Positions 1 through 10,243 of a DNA stretch of 64,000 nt are shown piece by piece. The notes beneath the pieces are model-generated. The model was not told the origin of the DNA. It did not search any database and saw only the letters and a program-made list of their open reading frames with translations. The position numbers and the translations under genes are program-made. The stretch lies in the IMG/VR virus record IMGVR_UViG_3300042885_001472; one strand, 5' to 3'. The DNA is from a virus. Lineage: Duplodnaviria; Caudoviricetes. The stretch's first letter is position 1; every line of letters starts with the position of its first letter.

Positions 1-486
1 TACTTCACATTCATCAGACCCTTGACGAGTTAAAATTAATATTTCCCCTATATTAAATTGTGTTACATATTCTGTAAAGTATTTAAACCTATCAAGTGAA
101 GTTTTAAATTTATCATTATCTTGTATGTGTGATATACTATCATATTTAAAATTAAGTAAGTAATTTAATTGACAATTACTCGCACTATCTAAAAAATCAC
201 CATATTCTTTTTTCAAATGAAAAACACTATCTTGGTAATTAAGGTAAAGTTTATTAAACTCACGTTCTATAACTTTTAAATCTAAGTCTTTAGATAATGG
301 TGTGTATTTTTTAACTACTGGAGTTCTTTTACGTAAAACTTCCATCGCTTCTTCTATGGTATTAGTATAAAACACACTATCAGGTCTACCAGGAAGGGTT
401 AGGGTAGCTCTATGTTTACCAACTTTAACTTGTGATAATCCCACTAAAGAAACCATCAACATCAGATATACAAATAATTTTTTCAT
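1..486 (-). CDS. Secreted protein, partial (runs off the window); weak CAP/SCP-like resemblance
   Basis: Not in the ORF track. Open frame from ATG at 486: MKKLFVYLMLMVSLVGLSQVKVGK (signal-peptide-like), later SASNCQLNYL..ISHIQ..SLDRFKYF..GEIL. TATCTTTG promoter at 507-514 on minus. Confidence 0.6.
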   Translation of the reverse strand, partial: MKKLFVYLMLMVSLVGLSQVKVGKHRATLTLPGRPDSVFYTNTIEEAMEVLRKRTPVVKKYTPLSKDLDLKVIEREFNKLYLNYQDSVFHLKKEYGDFLDSASNCQLNYLLNFKYDSISHIQDNDKFKTSLDRFKYFTEYVTQFNIGEILILTRQGSDECEV

Positions 487-627
487 AGTAATTGTTTTTA
501 TTAAGACAAAGATAAACATTTATTTTTAATTACCAAACAAAAAGTCAAGTGTTTTAACATTTTTTAACAAATAATTATTTTTCATCAAGTTATTGAATTA
601 ATGATTCTTTTTAACTATATTTAATGT

Positions 628-1621
628 ATGGAGTATAAAACACTAAAAGAACAGTACTATGATTTAGTTCTGGATAAGATTATTGTTAGTCTTGAAGATC
701 TTAATGAGACTGAAAAAACGATAATTGATACTGGATATTATTTGATGATTGAAAAACTTGAAGATATTAAACTATTAACCGAAGAAAATTATAGACTTAA
801 GATTGAAATAGCCAACTTAAAATCGTATCAAGATGATAATGATTATAATGAAGAAGAAGATTAAATAAAAAAATATGAAAATGAAAAGTAAAGAAGAACG
901 TATTTTATGGAAATGTTACGTTGAATTGTTTAAACATTCAACACCATCCGTAGATTTTGATTGGTTAGTGGAGACAGCTCCTACCAATGAGTTCGGTCAA
1001 AAAGAAATTGATTTTATGTCTTATGAGATTGACCCCAAAAAATTTGATGAAATCGTTGATTCAATTCTAACTGAACATAAAGTTAATAAAATGAAGAAAA
1101 AAATGTTTAAAACGACAATTTTATTGGGTTGTTCACCAAAGTACTCAAGTAATGTGGTGAATAGTATTACCACTGAAATTAAAAAATAATATGGAATTTT
1201 TACACATAATTGGTATTTGTCCGGATAGTATATCACATATTGATATTTTGGACATAATTATGGTGAATTATAATGAAATTCAAATAATGATTAGTAAATT
1301 AAAAAACAAATTTAATAAATGATAAATGAAGTTATATTCATCAATGATGATGATCGTAAAAGTGTTACTAAAGTACAACCAAAAACTATTGAAGAGTGGT
1401 GTGACGATTCCTTAAAGAAAGAAGACATTGAAGAGTACGTTAAATACCGTGTCAACTTTGAATTAAGTATTGATAAGGTTAAATTGACATCTAACAGAAC
1501 TACCAAAGAATTTGGTAAAATAGTTTATTTGGGTAAGACTAATAATTATGATACGTTTGTTTGTTATAATGGTATTACCTGGGAATTAATCTATGGTGAA
1601 CTAAATAGTGGTACTTATTAG
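628..1621 (+). CDS. Three small hypothetical proteins (628-864, 875-1189, 1319-1621)
   Basis: Co-oriented, closely spaced ORFs with acidic/lysine-rich composition; no family recognised. Confidence 0.7.
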
Positions 1622-1666
1622 ATTTAATCTTTAGAATTTTTTTACTTAGTCTTTATATTTATTGTT

Positions 1667-1855
1667 ATGAGTAAAAACATTAAAAATTTGGTGAGTAGAG
1701 TTCTTAATGAGAGTATTGACGAAAGAATATACGATATGTTAAGAAAAAAAGAATTTAATACATTTAATCGATATTCTATAACAAAGTGGTTAGTTGATAT
1801 TGGTTTTACTGATCAGGAAGCTTACCATCAAAAACAATTATTAAAAAATTTCTGA
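1667..1855 (+). pseudogene. 5' half of a leader-bearing gene interrupted by the ice-binding-gene insertion
   Basis: MSKNIKNLVSRVLNE leader with TATTTAT 4 nt upstream. After ...TDQEAY the sequence switches to DNA homologous to the 3' end of the ice-binding gene (compare 1821-1874 with 3770-3823). Confidence 0.75.
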
Positions 1856-4043
1856 TTCTAAACTAATCAACACTTTTTATACACAATAAATAGTATAATA
1901 CATTATAAATGAAAAAATTAATACCCTATAAATTTTTAGTTATTACAATTTTGTTTTTGCAAAATGTGTTGCATTGCCAAACTACTATCTTAGGTAGTGC
2001 GGTAAATTTTGTTGTTTTTACAGGAGATGGTGATATCGCAAATACAGGAAGTTCACTTATAGCTGGTGATATTGGTACCAATTTAGGTGGTGTTAGCGGT
2101 TTAGCACCAGCAACATCAACCGTTACAGGAAATACTCATATTGCAAATTCTACTACAAATCAAGCAAAAATAGATTTGATTGCGGGCTTTACACTTTTAA
2201 TTTCTGTCCATGCAACTAACTCAATTCACCCACCTGCTTTTGGTATTGGAGAAACGGTATTACCAGGTATTTATGCCATTAGTGGTGCTGGTTCAGTTGG
2301 GGGTAACTTAACTTTAGATGCTCAAAATGATACAAATGCCGTATTTGTTTTTAGGTTTACGGGCGCATTTAATATTGGTGCAGCGGCAAATATTATATTA
2401 GCTAATAAGGCAAAAATATGCAATGTTTATTGGGTTTCTTATGGAGCAATCGGCATTGGCGCAGCAGCCTTTGTAAAAGGTAATTTTATAAGTAATTCGG
2501 CGGCTGTTTTTGTTGGAGCTACAACCTTGGTTGAAGGTAGATTGTTTAGTATTAGTGGTGCCATTACTTTTGGCCCATCACAATTAAAAATACCCCAATT
2601 ATGTGTTCCATCTTATTTTAGCAATTTTAATGCAACTTATAATTGTTTAGTGAGTGCAAAACCCAAATTTATGTTGTTTACATCAAGTGGTGCTGTTACA
2701 TTTCTTGGTAGTTCAAATTTAACAGGTGATATTGGTACAAATGCAGGAGGTATTACAGGTTATGGAACATCAACGGTTGTAGGAACTTATCATGCCTCAG
2801 ATTCTGTAACAAATCAAGCAAAATCAGATTTACAAACAACTTATGGTTATCTTACAGCTTTACCTGTTACAAACGCATTCCATACACCTGCATTGGTAGT
2901 TCTGAAGTTCTTAACCCTGGAGTATATTCCGTTGCTGGCGCTGGCTCTGTTAATGGTACCCTTACCTTAAATGCACAATGTGATACAAATGCCGTATTTG
3001 TTTTTAAGTTTGGTGGCGCATTTTCAGCTGCTGCCTCAAGCAAAGTAATTTTAATAAATAGTGCAAGAGCTTGTTCCGTTTATTGGATTGCAGAAGGTGC
3101 CATAACTTTTGCAGCCTCAACTACTTTTATAGGTAGTTTAATTTCGCATAACGGGGCTGTTAACATCGATAATTTTTGCAGTCTTGATGGCAGATTGCTT
3201 GCAATGAATGGCGCTATTTCAATTACTACTTCAACTGGGACATCAGTAGGAAATTGTGAAATTAATGAATGCAGTTTTTTGTCAATACAGTTGGTTTCGT
3301 TTAAAGCCAAATGTGAAAATAAAACTATAAAATTAGACTGGAGTACAGCCTCAGAAACTAATAATAATTATTTTTTAATTGAACGAAGTATAGATGCTAT
3401 TACCTGGCAAGTAGCTGCTAAAGTTGAAGGAGCGCTTAACTCATTACGTAATACGTATTATACTTATAATGATTTAAATAATAGTGCGGCACTTTTATAT
3501 TACCGTTTAAAACAGACAGATGTTGATGGGCAATTTAACTATTCACCAATCATTGATGTAAAAAATTGTGCAGAAGATGACACTGAAATATCTGTTTATC
3601 CAAACCCTGCCTACGAAATTTTAAACATAATTGTTAACCAGCCTGATGTAAAAATAGTTTCAGTAGCCATTTATAATATATTGGGAGAAGTAGTTTATTA
3701 TACTGAAAAATATCAATCACAAATTGTATTCGAAAATAAAGTATCAGGCGTTTATTTTCTGCATGTAAACTTACCATCAAAAACAATTATCAAAAAATTT
3801 TTAACCCTAAACTAACCAACACTTGTAATACATAATTATTTGAACAAAAAAATTATAAATGAAAAAATTAATACCCTATAAATTTTTAATTATTGCCATT
3901 TTGCTTTGGCAAAATGCGGTGTACGGTCAAGTAATTAACTTAGGTTCGGCGGCAAATTTTGCGCTCTTTACTGGTAGCGGAGCTGTTGCAAATACAGGTT
4001 CATCTACTATTACTGGCGATATTGGTTCTAATTTAGGCGCTTA
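1820..4043 (+). mobile_element. Captured host-derived DNA segment (tail of one gene copy, one full copy, head of the next) bounded by a GCTTA direct repeat
   Basis: GCTTA at 1820-1824 and 4039-4043. Internal ~1950-bp periodic homology. Codon usage is visibly richer in GCA/GCC/GGC than the flanks. No transposase or inverted repeats. Confidence 0.75.
1909..3815 (+). pseudogene. Ice-binding protein (two DUF3494 domains) with Ig-like domain and T9SS type A sorting domain; single-base frameshift near 2892
   Basis: Signal peptide and DUF3494 motifs (GDIGTNLG, LTLDAQNDTNAVFVF, NVYWV, GRLFSISGAI). The second domain continues in another frame (GSSEVLNPGVYSVAGAGSVNGTLTLNAQCDTNAVFVFKF...DGRLLAMNGAI) and joins ORF 3195-3815, which carries LVSF..DWSTASETNN..YYRLKQTD..YPNPA. 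Confidence 0.85.
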
Positions 4044-4296
4044 TGAGGGATATTCCGGTTATGGTGGTAAACCAGAGATTACTATAACACCAAGTGGTAA
4101 AAATAGGTATGATGTTGAATACACAATTCAGTTTGGAGATACTTTAATCAAACTTAATGGTGAATTAATACCATTTAATGATGGTAGACATATTGATTAT
4201 GAATTTGAGATAGGTTGGTCCCAGGATAAAGAATCTGAAGAATTTTATGATTTTAACTGGGAAATGGTTGAATATCAAATTAAAAGTGAATTATAA
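3859..4296 (+). CDS. Chimeric ORF: signal peptide and N-terminus of a second ice-binding gene fused to the 3' half of the interrupted gene
   Basis: The first ~62 aa match the start of 1909 (MKKLIPYKFL...GDIGSNLGAY), then switch abruptly to acidic unrelated sequence (EGYSGYGGKPEITITP...). Confidence 0.75.
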   Translation: MKKLIPYKFLIIAILLWQNAVYGQVINLGSAANFALFTGSGAVANTGSSTITGDIGSNLGAYEGYSGYGGKPEITITPSGKNRYDVEYTIQFGDTLIKLNGELIPFNDGRHIDYEFEIGWSQDKESEEFYDFNWEMVEYQIKSEL

Positions 4297-4310
4297 TATA
4301 TTTATATTAT

Positions 4311-4877
4311 ATGAAATCATTAATTAAAAAGATATTACAAGAAGTTAGAGTTCCCAGAGAAGAAAGGGTAGAACTATATAAAGATGATAACATTATTGTT
4401 GTTGTTCCTTTAACACATAGAGCTTTACAAAAGTACGCGAGTTTCTGTCAGTGGTGTATTAATGATGATAAACATGAATGGGAAGATTATCATAAAGGAT
4501 TACACGCGATCATCATTCAAAGAAAACCTAAAAAAGAGAGGATAGGTATAAGTGGTCACCCAACTGCGAGTGAAATTGTAACGTTTGAAAGATGGAGTGA
4601 AGGTGGTTACACTTTTAATGATTTTCAAGATATTTTAGGTTACGAATTTGATGGTGAAAATAAGGGACAAGCGATTAAAGAAGCTGAAAAATATTTTTTA
4701 CCATTGATTAAGGATATTGATAATTTCGCCACTAATATAACTTATTATTCACCCACAAATGGTATATATGATATGGAAGATAATAATTTATGGGGTTTTG
4801 ATTTTAAAATATCTGATATACCAAATGTAACCGATGAAGTTATAAATATAATGGATGATTATTTAACTGAAGGATAA
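4311..4877 (+). CDS. Leader-bearing protein with a PLT..A....WC domain related to 40415 and 48584
   Basis: MKSLIKKILQE leader; VVVPLTHRALQKYASFCQWCI resembles VYEPLTREANC..KFCTA of 48584. Confidence 0.7.
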   Translation: MKSLIKKILQEVRVPREERVELYKDDNIIVVVPLTHRALQKYASFCQWCINDDKHEWEDYHKGLHAIIIQRKPKKERIGISGHPTASEIVTFERWSEGGYTFNDFQDILGYEFDGENKGQAIKEAEKYFLPLIKDIDNFATNITYYSPTNGIYDMEDNNLWGFDFKISDIPNVTDEVINIMDDYLTEG

Positions 4878-4878
4878 T

Positions 4879-5704
4879 ATGAACCTAAAAGAATCTATAA
4901 GAAGAATATTGAAAGAAGAAACTGAAGATTTATCATCATTCATAGAAAATATGTTAACTAAAACATTAGTTAATGACAATAAAGATATTTTATGTGGTGT
5001 TAAGGTCATTCACCCCAATCATAGGGAAAGTTTACCAGACGCTTTTGGAAATAATATTAAATTCACTAGTTATAAAGTGACATTCATATTTATTGGGGGG
5101 TATGGGACAAAAAATTGGCCTAAAACACAAAGTGTTGTGGGTAAATACGAGACTATTATGAATAAAGGTTGGGAATTGATTTACGATTATACAGACTTGG
5201 CTGTTGATGTATATTCAACGGAAGTTAAAAAATGTGATTAGTTTTATGAACCTACAAGAATCCATAAGAAGAATATTAAGAGAATCCAGATTTGAAAAAA
5301 TGGGTGAAGAAAGGTATAAATCTTGTTCTATGTCTGATATAACCAGAATGGAAATTATTGATAATTTTTTTAAAAAAATAGAAGAAAATCCAAATTATAG
5401 TATTGAAAAACCTAATTATGAAATGTTAATTGATGATTGGGATGGTTATGATGATCAAGTTTATATTCAAAACTTATTAGATGATAATAAAATTGTTTTT
5501 TATGAAGGATGGGTTGATTCTTGTTGGGAAGCGGTTTATAATAAACCCCAATACAAAGGTATGGGTAAGGAAGAGGTTATTGAAGACATTGTATTAAAAA
5601 GATTCCCAAGAATTGGTGAAGAATTTAATATGGGTTTATTGGATTATGGGTATTTTAATGACGGTGATGGATATATAATGTATGTGATATTTAAGAAATT
5701 ATGA
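4879..5704 (+). CDS. Two leader-bearing hypothetical proteins (4879-5241; 5246-5704, start corrected from 5204)
   Basis: Both begin MNLxESIRRILxE. Confidence 0.75.
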
Positions 5705-6108
5705 ACCTACGAGAATCCATAAAAAGAATATTAAAAGAAGATTATAGTCCAGCCGGTAAAGAAGTTACACCAAACAAAATTGTTATCCACAAATCAACCC
5801 CAATTTTTAGGGAAAGTATTCTAAAAAATGGTTTACAAGTAAAGACTGGTGAATGTTATAAAATATACGTTGGTTGGGGAACCAAGTGTGAACCCGCCAT
5901 TTTCGCTACCAACTCAATAAATAAAAGGGCTTGGTTTGATTCAACATATGATGATGATATTTGGGAAATAAATACAGAAATGATTCCTAACGTTAAGTGG
6001 TACAAAGATAGACATTATGATTCAAAATCAAAACATATTGTAACATTTCAAGATATACCAAAAGAAGCTATAAGATTAATTTATAAAGGTACAGGTGAAG
6101 ATGATTAA
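5701..6108 (+). CDS. Leader-bearing protein, possible ADP-ribosyltransferase-like fold
   Basis: MNLRESIKRILKE leader; IHKST..SILKNGL..AIFATN..IPKEAI pattern resembles small ART/KptA-like domains. Confidence 0.5.
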   Translation: MNLRESIKRILKEDYSPAGKEVTPNKIVIHKSTPIFRESILKNGLQVKTGECYKIYVGWGTKCEPAIFATNSINKRAWFDSTYDDDIWEINTEMIPNVKWYKDRHYDSKSKHIVTFQDIPKEAIRLIYKGTGEDD

Positions 6109-6171
6109 AATACTTTTAACTAATAGTAGGGTTTTACGTTTAGTAAGATATTTATCTTTAAACTTTTTAAT

Positions 6172-6654
6172 ATGAAATACAAGATAACCGAAAGTCAATA
6201 TAGAAGATTAATTAAAGAAAATGTTGATGACATTTTAGATAGAATGTCAGCTGGTGAAAATTTAAGACCTTCCGATAAAAGAAAGATGGACGCTTATAGT
6301 AAATATTTAAATACTGGTGGTAGAGAAAGTGATTTTGAGTACTCAGATCACCCAGAGTATGTTGAAAAAGAGGGTGAAGTTATTAAATCTACTTTAGCTG
6401 ATCAACCCATAGAATTTATATTTTCTGAAGAGAATGAATTGGAAGATGGTATCATTGAGTACTCTGGTAAAATATGGTTTGGTGGTAATCAATATATTGG
6501 TGTGATAGCGACAGATAAAAGTGGTTATTTAATTGATTACGATTTTTATGATGTAGATACTCCGGATGAAAGGTTACGTTATGTGATTGAAGGTTTGGAA
6601 CACGAACTTGATAATTTTTTTCAAACAGAGGTAATACCTACCCTACAGAAGTAG
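6172..6654 (+). CDS. Leader-bearing acidic hypothetical protein
   Basis: MKYKITESQYRRLIKE leader; GATATTTAT upstream. Confidence 0.75.
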   Translation: MKYKITESQYRRLIKENVDDILDRMSAGENLRPSDKRKMDAYSKYLNTGGRESDFEYSDHPEYVEKEGEVIKSTLADQPIEFIFSEENELEDGIIEYSGKIWFGGNQYIGVIATDKSGYLIDYDFYDVDTPDERLRYVIEGLEHELDNFFQTEVIPTLQK

Positions 6655-6655
6655 T

Positions 6656-7282
6656 ATGAAATATTTAATAACAGAATCACAATATAATTTATTACTAGAA
6701 CAAATTTCTGGTTTGGATGGTTTAATTGATAAAATATCTCAAACCTATAAGGAAATTGGTGAAAGTGATAAAAAACAAGAATATATTGATATGATTGATA
6801 AATTCATATCTGATTCTGGTGTTAAGAATATATTGGTTGAAGAAATCAAAATGGGTCTTGGTTTATCATTATCTGATAGGGTTATTATAAATACTAAAGC
6901 TTTCTCATTAACGTTACCAATGTTAACGTATGTGATTTTTCACGAAATAGCTCACCAATATCAATTTAAAAAATATGGTGCGGAAAAAATGTATGACTGT
7001 TATACTGGTGAAATAACTACAACACAAGGGGCTGAATTAATGAAATATATTGAAGAAGTGGCCGATGATTTCGCTTTAAGAAAGATTAGACAATTAGTTA
7101 AAATGGGATTTCCTATTAACCCTTCAGAACTTAGTGGTATTAAACCTATGTATAAAAATGTACCTTTATATCATTTTGTTTCATTAGTAGAAAATGTTAG
7201 GGGTATGATTGAGAATAAAAATATAACTACACCGGATAAGATTAGTGAATTCTTTTACAACTGGGTGAAAATTAATTTGTAA
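6656..7282 (+). CDS. Leader-bearing zincin-like metallopeptidase
   Basis: FHEIAHQYQ (HExxH) with a downstream EEVADDFA glutamate motif, as in ImmA/IrrE-type peptidases. Confidence 0.65.
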   Translation: MKYLITESQYNLLLEQISGLDGLIDKISQTYKEIGESDKKQEYIDMIDKFISDSGVKNILVEEIKMGLGLSLSDRVIINTKAFSLTLPMLTYVIFHEIAHQYQFKKYGAEKMYDCYTGEITTTQGAELMKYIEEVADDFALRKIRQLVKMGFPINPSELSGIKPMYKNVPLYHFVSLVENVRGMIENKNITTPDKISEFFYNWVKINL

Positions 7283-7286
7283 GATA

Positions 7287-7351
7287 AACGGTTTAGGACC
7301 GTTGTAGTTTCGGCTACAAGAAAGGTGTCAGCTCGCTACTAGACACCTTTC
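7287..7351 (+). ncRNA. Three consecutive hairpins (cis-regulatory RNA and/or terminator)
   Basis: AACGGT-TTAGG-ACCGTT; TGTAGT-TTCG-GCTACA (UUCG loop); GAAAGGTGTC-12 nt-GACACCTTTC. Confidence 0.55.
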
Positions 7352-7601
7352 ATATTAATACATCTAACCAATATCTTTTAAAGGTTATCCACAAACCAAA
7401 TATTTTTACTTGTAATTTACATCTATAACTTTCATAACTCTTAGGTCCAATGTCATTTACTGACCAAGACAATGTCACATAATTAGTATTTTTATGGATT
7501 CTTCTAAACAACATATTTTTTTTATTTAAATATAGTAAATATTTTTCAAATAAAAATTGTTTTATAGAAAAAAAATGTTTATTTTTGTAAAAAAATTATA
7601 T

Positions 7602-7943
7602 ATGAAAAAATTTTTATTATTAACATTAATGATAATACCTTTATTATCAACCTCACAAAATGAATTAAGAAATTTTGAAACACTTAAAGTAACCTTTGAT
7701 GATACCATTACCAATAAATATTTTCTTTACAAAATATCATTTGATAACATAACGACACTAGAGTTATCAAAAACGATTATACCAGAGTTAATGGATATTT
7801 TTAAATCCAAACCCCATTTTTTTGTGGAACTAAGTGAATACAATATAATATCTAATATTGATGTAGGTGATTTTGAATTGTATCAAATGTTTAATGGTAA
7901 ACATTATAAACCCACTTACTTTAGAAAAGAAAATATAAATTAA
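7602..7943 (+). CDS. Secreted hypothetical protein (start corrected from 7557)
   Basis: MKKFLLLTLMIIPLLSTSQ signal peptide; TATTTTTG promoter at 7580-7587. Confidence 0.7.
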   Translation: MKKFLLLTLMIIPLLSTSQNELRNFETLKVTFDDTITNKYFLYKISFDNITTLELSKTIIPELMDIFKSKPHFFVELSEYNIISNIDVGDFELYQMFNGKHYKPTYFRKENIN

Positions 7944-7967
7944 TAATAACCCATAAAACCAAATCTA

Positions 7968-8267
7968 ATGAGTAAATCAAAAGGAATTAAACAACAGATT
8001 GAATTAAACCCTAGAGGGTTGACTAAAAGAGTTTATAACAGAATTCTTAAAATGAATAAATTAAAGGGATTATCTGATATCAAGACAACTTCAGGTAAAG
8101 TCATCAATGTTGGTGATAATTTATTGTTTGGTGTTCTTTTAGAACCGGAAAATGTTTCTAGGGTAGTTTCCTTTTTACCGGAAGAATATGGTACAATTTA
8201 CAAGTATGGTGGTAGAACATCCAAAACAAGATATCCATTCTTAAAATTAAAAACTCCCTCAATTTAG
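7968..8267 (+). CDS. Basic hypothetical protein
   Basis: Intact ORF followed by hairpin CCTC-AATTTA-GAGG and a T-tract. Confidence 0.65.
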   Translation: MSKSKGIKQQIELNPRGLTKRVYNRILKMNKLKGLSDIKTTSGKVINVGDNLLFGVLLEPENVSRVVSFLPEEYGTIYKYGGRTSKTRYPFLKLKTPSI

Positions 8268-8287
8268 AGGTTTTTTTTATTGTAAGA

Positions 8288-8294
8288 TATTTAT
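8288..8294 (+). promoter_or_regulatory. TATTTAT motif at near-fixed spacing before ATG (representative site; putative late promoter)
   Basis: Exactly 4 nt before ATG at 1656, 8288, 35266, 36853, 37453, 38388, 40419, 44720, 46184 and 47821. 3-5 nt before ATG at 4299, 31750, 34779 and on minus at 28151, 28671, 48483, 55548; 7 nt at 29230. Confidence 0.75.
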
Positions 8295-8298
8295 ACTT

Positions 8299-9206
8299 AT
8301 GGAAGGTTTAATTAAAAAAATTTTAAAGGAAAACATTGAGGAGAAGTTATACAATATAACCTTAAAAGATCTTAAAATTAAGGGTCTTAGTTTTGAATTT
8401 GAAACAAGTTCTTTTGATACTGGTGGTGAGATGTATGACGAATATACTGAATTATTTGATGATTATATAAACGATAATTGGGAAAATTATTTTACAAATG
8501 TAAGTTTAGATGACGATGATGAACCATCATCATTCACCAAAGTAGATGATCCGGATGGACCTGAATACGATTATGATGAAATGAACCACGAAATGATTTA
8601 TATATTCATTGATGAGATGAAAAAAAAGGGTTTTATTACTGAAACTAGTTTAAGTAAATATGAATCAACTTATACTATAATAACCGATACTTTAAAAGTT
8701 AACTTACCCAATAAGGGTTCATATACCTTACATATTAATGAAAAACCAGATGGTACTGTAGGGTTAAATATTAGAGATCTTGACGCACAATTATTATTCA
8801 CAGATTTAATACAAATTACAATGGATTATGGTTATGAATATCTTACAGAAATGAATGATTTTAAAAAAAGATTTTATAACGATATTATGAATAAATTAAA
8901 TGAATATAAGATTGAATTTTCTGATTCATTTATAAAATTAACACCAAATGTATTGAAATTTACGATATGAAAAAAATAATTAAATTAACGGAATCGGATT
9001 TAAATAGAATAGTTAAAAAGATAATTAACGAATCTTATGATCCAGATAGGTTATATGACCGAGGTAAGGTTGTTAGTTCATTAAAGAATGGACCACCAAT
9101 GGTTAGAAAATTCATTAAGAATTTACCCATCATTGAATGTGATAATAAAATATGTACAAAAATACCAGAATTTTTATATGTTTATTTAAGTGGTAAACTC
9201 TATTAA
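8299..9206 (+). CDS. Two leader-bearing hypothetical proteins (8299-8970, 8967-9206)
   Basis: MEGLIKKILKE and MKKIIKLTESDLNRIVKKIINE leaders; ATGA start/stop overlap. Confidence 0.75.
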
Positions 9207-9209
9207 GAA

Positions 9210-9755
9210 ATGAAAATATTGATAAAAAAGATATTATTAGAACAGAATGAATCTGTTGATAATAAGGTTAAAGAACTTATGTTTAACTCAGATGATTGGG
9301 ATGGATTCATTGAAGCCTTAAAAGTTAAGTATGGTAATATAATTTCACTTTATCACGCCACAACCATTAAAAATTCTAATATAATTGATCAAGAAGGTTT
9401 TAGATTAACATTTGGTAAAAATAAAAAGTCCTGGGCACATGAACCATTAATCTATTTTCAAATAGGTAAATCTGATTATATTGATGATGATAGAAGTGTT
9501 CTTTATCGTTTAGATGTACCAGTAGAATTTATAGAACAATATGGTTATATTGATATGGATAATGTTATCATTAGTGATGAAGAATTGATGTCCTCCGGTG
9601 TTGAATTTGAAGGTATGAGTTCTGATATGAAAGAGGCTGTAGAGTATTTTATATGGAATGATATGAGTTTAGATGGTATGGAAATAATGATCCAGGATAG
9701 GGATGGTGAGGGTAATATTTTCAAGGGGTTAATACCAACCAAAATAAGTGGTTAA
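9210..9755 (+). CDS. Leader-bearing protein, possible ART-like fold
   Basis: MKILIKKILLE leader; SLYHATTIKNSNIIDQEGFR resembles the YHGT..I...GF strand of ART-like domains. Confidence 0.45.
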   Translation: MKILIKKILLEQNESVDNKVKELMFNSDDWDGFIEALKVKYGNIISLYHATTIKNSNIIDQEGFRLTFGKNKKSWAHEPLIYFQIGKSDYIDDDRSVLYRLDVPVEFIEQYGYIDMDNVIISDEELMSSGVEFEGMSSDMKEAVEYFIWNDMSLDGMEIMIQDRDGEGNIFKGLIPTKISG

Positions 9756-10243
9756 CGTTTAAGATTTAATATTACTTTAGGTATTAAACTAGTTTCCTCT
9801 GGATATTTTTCAATATAACTACTAAGATCTCCATCTTTAGTGTAACCCATTTCTTTTGTGTTCCATACTCTACAAGTATCTGAAATACTATTCGCGATTA
9901 AAACCATAGTGTCATCATCAAGTAGTGTTTTATATCTACCACCCCAAGATGATCCACCATCACCCCCACCCCAACAATTAATTTTATGATGTCTTCCAAC
10001 TTCAATATGAACATTTCGGTTAATACCCATACTATTATAACCTCTCTGTGATTTACCACATTCAACAAAAGATTCGTGGATGGTCAATAAACCTATCTCA
10101 CCTTTTTCAAGATAATTTTCATCAATAATTTTTGAGTAGGGTATATATAGTTCTGGTAATGATAAACTATCACCTTGTACAAATGGCATCATATTACATT
10201 TGATACCGGTCAATTTTGGGAATTTAATTTTATTTACTATCAT
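9752..10243 (-). CDS. Hypothetical protein (start corrected from 10270), possibly C-terminally truncated
   Basis: ATGA overlap with the MTase stop; IHES..SQRG..HIE..WGGG..IANSISDTCRVW motifs; ends overlapping the convergent gene. Confidence 0.55.
   Translation of the reverse strand: MIVNKIKFPKLTGIKCNMMPFVQGDSLSLPELYIPYSKIIDENYLEKGEIGLLTIHESFVECGKSQRGYNSMGINRNVHIEVGRHHKINCWGGGDGGSSWGGRYKTLLDDDTMVLIANSISDTCRVWNTKEMGYTKDGDLSSYIEKYPEETSLIPKVILNLKR

Noticed and set aside
1820-4043. IS or transposon with a 5-bp target-site duplication
   Set aside because: No transposase or terminal inverted repeats; both ends fall inside host-type genes, so microhomology capture fits better.
7386-7394. Perfect DnaA box TTATCCACA
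   Set aside because: A single copy is expected by chance in 64 kb of AT-rich DNA; no cluster.
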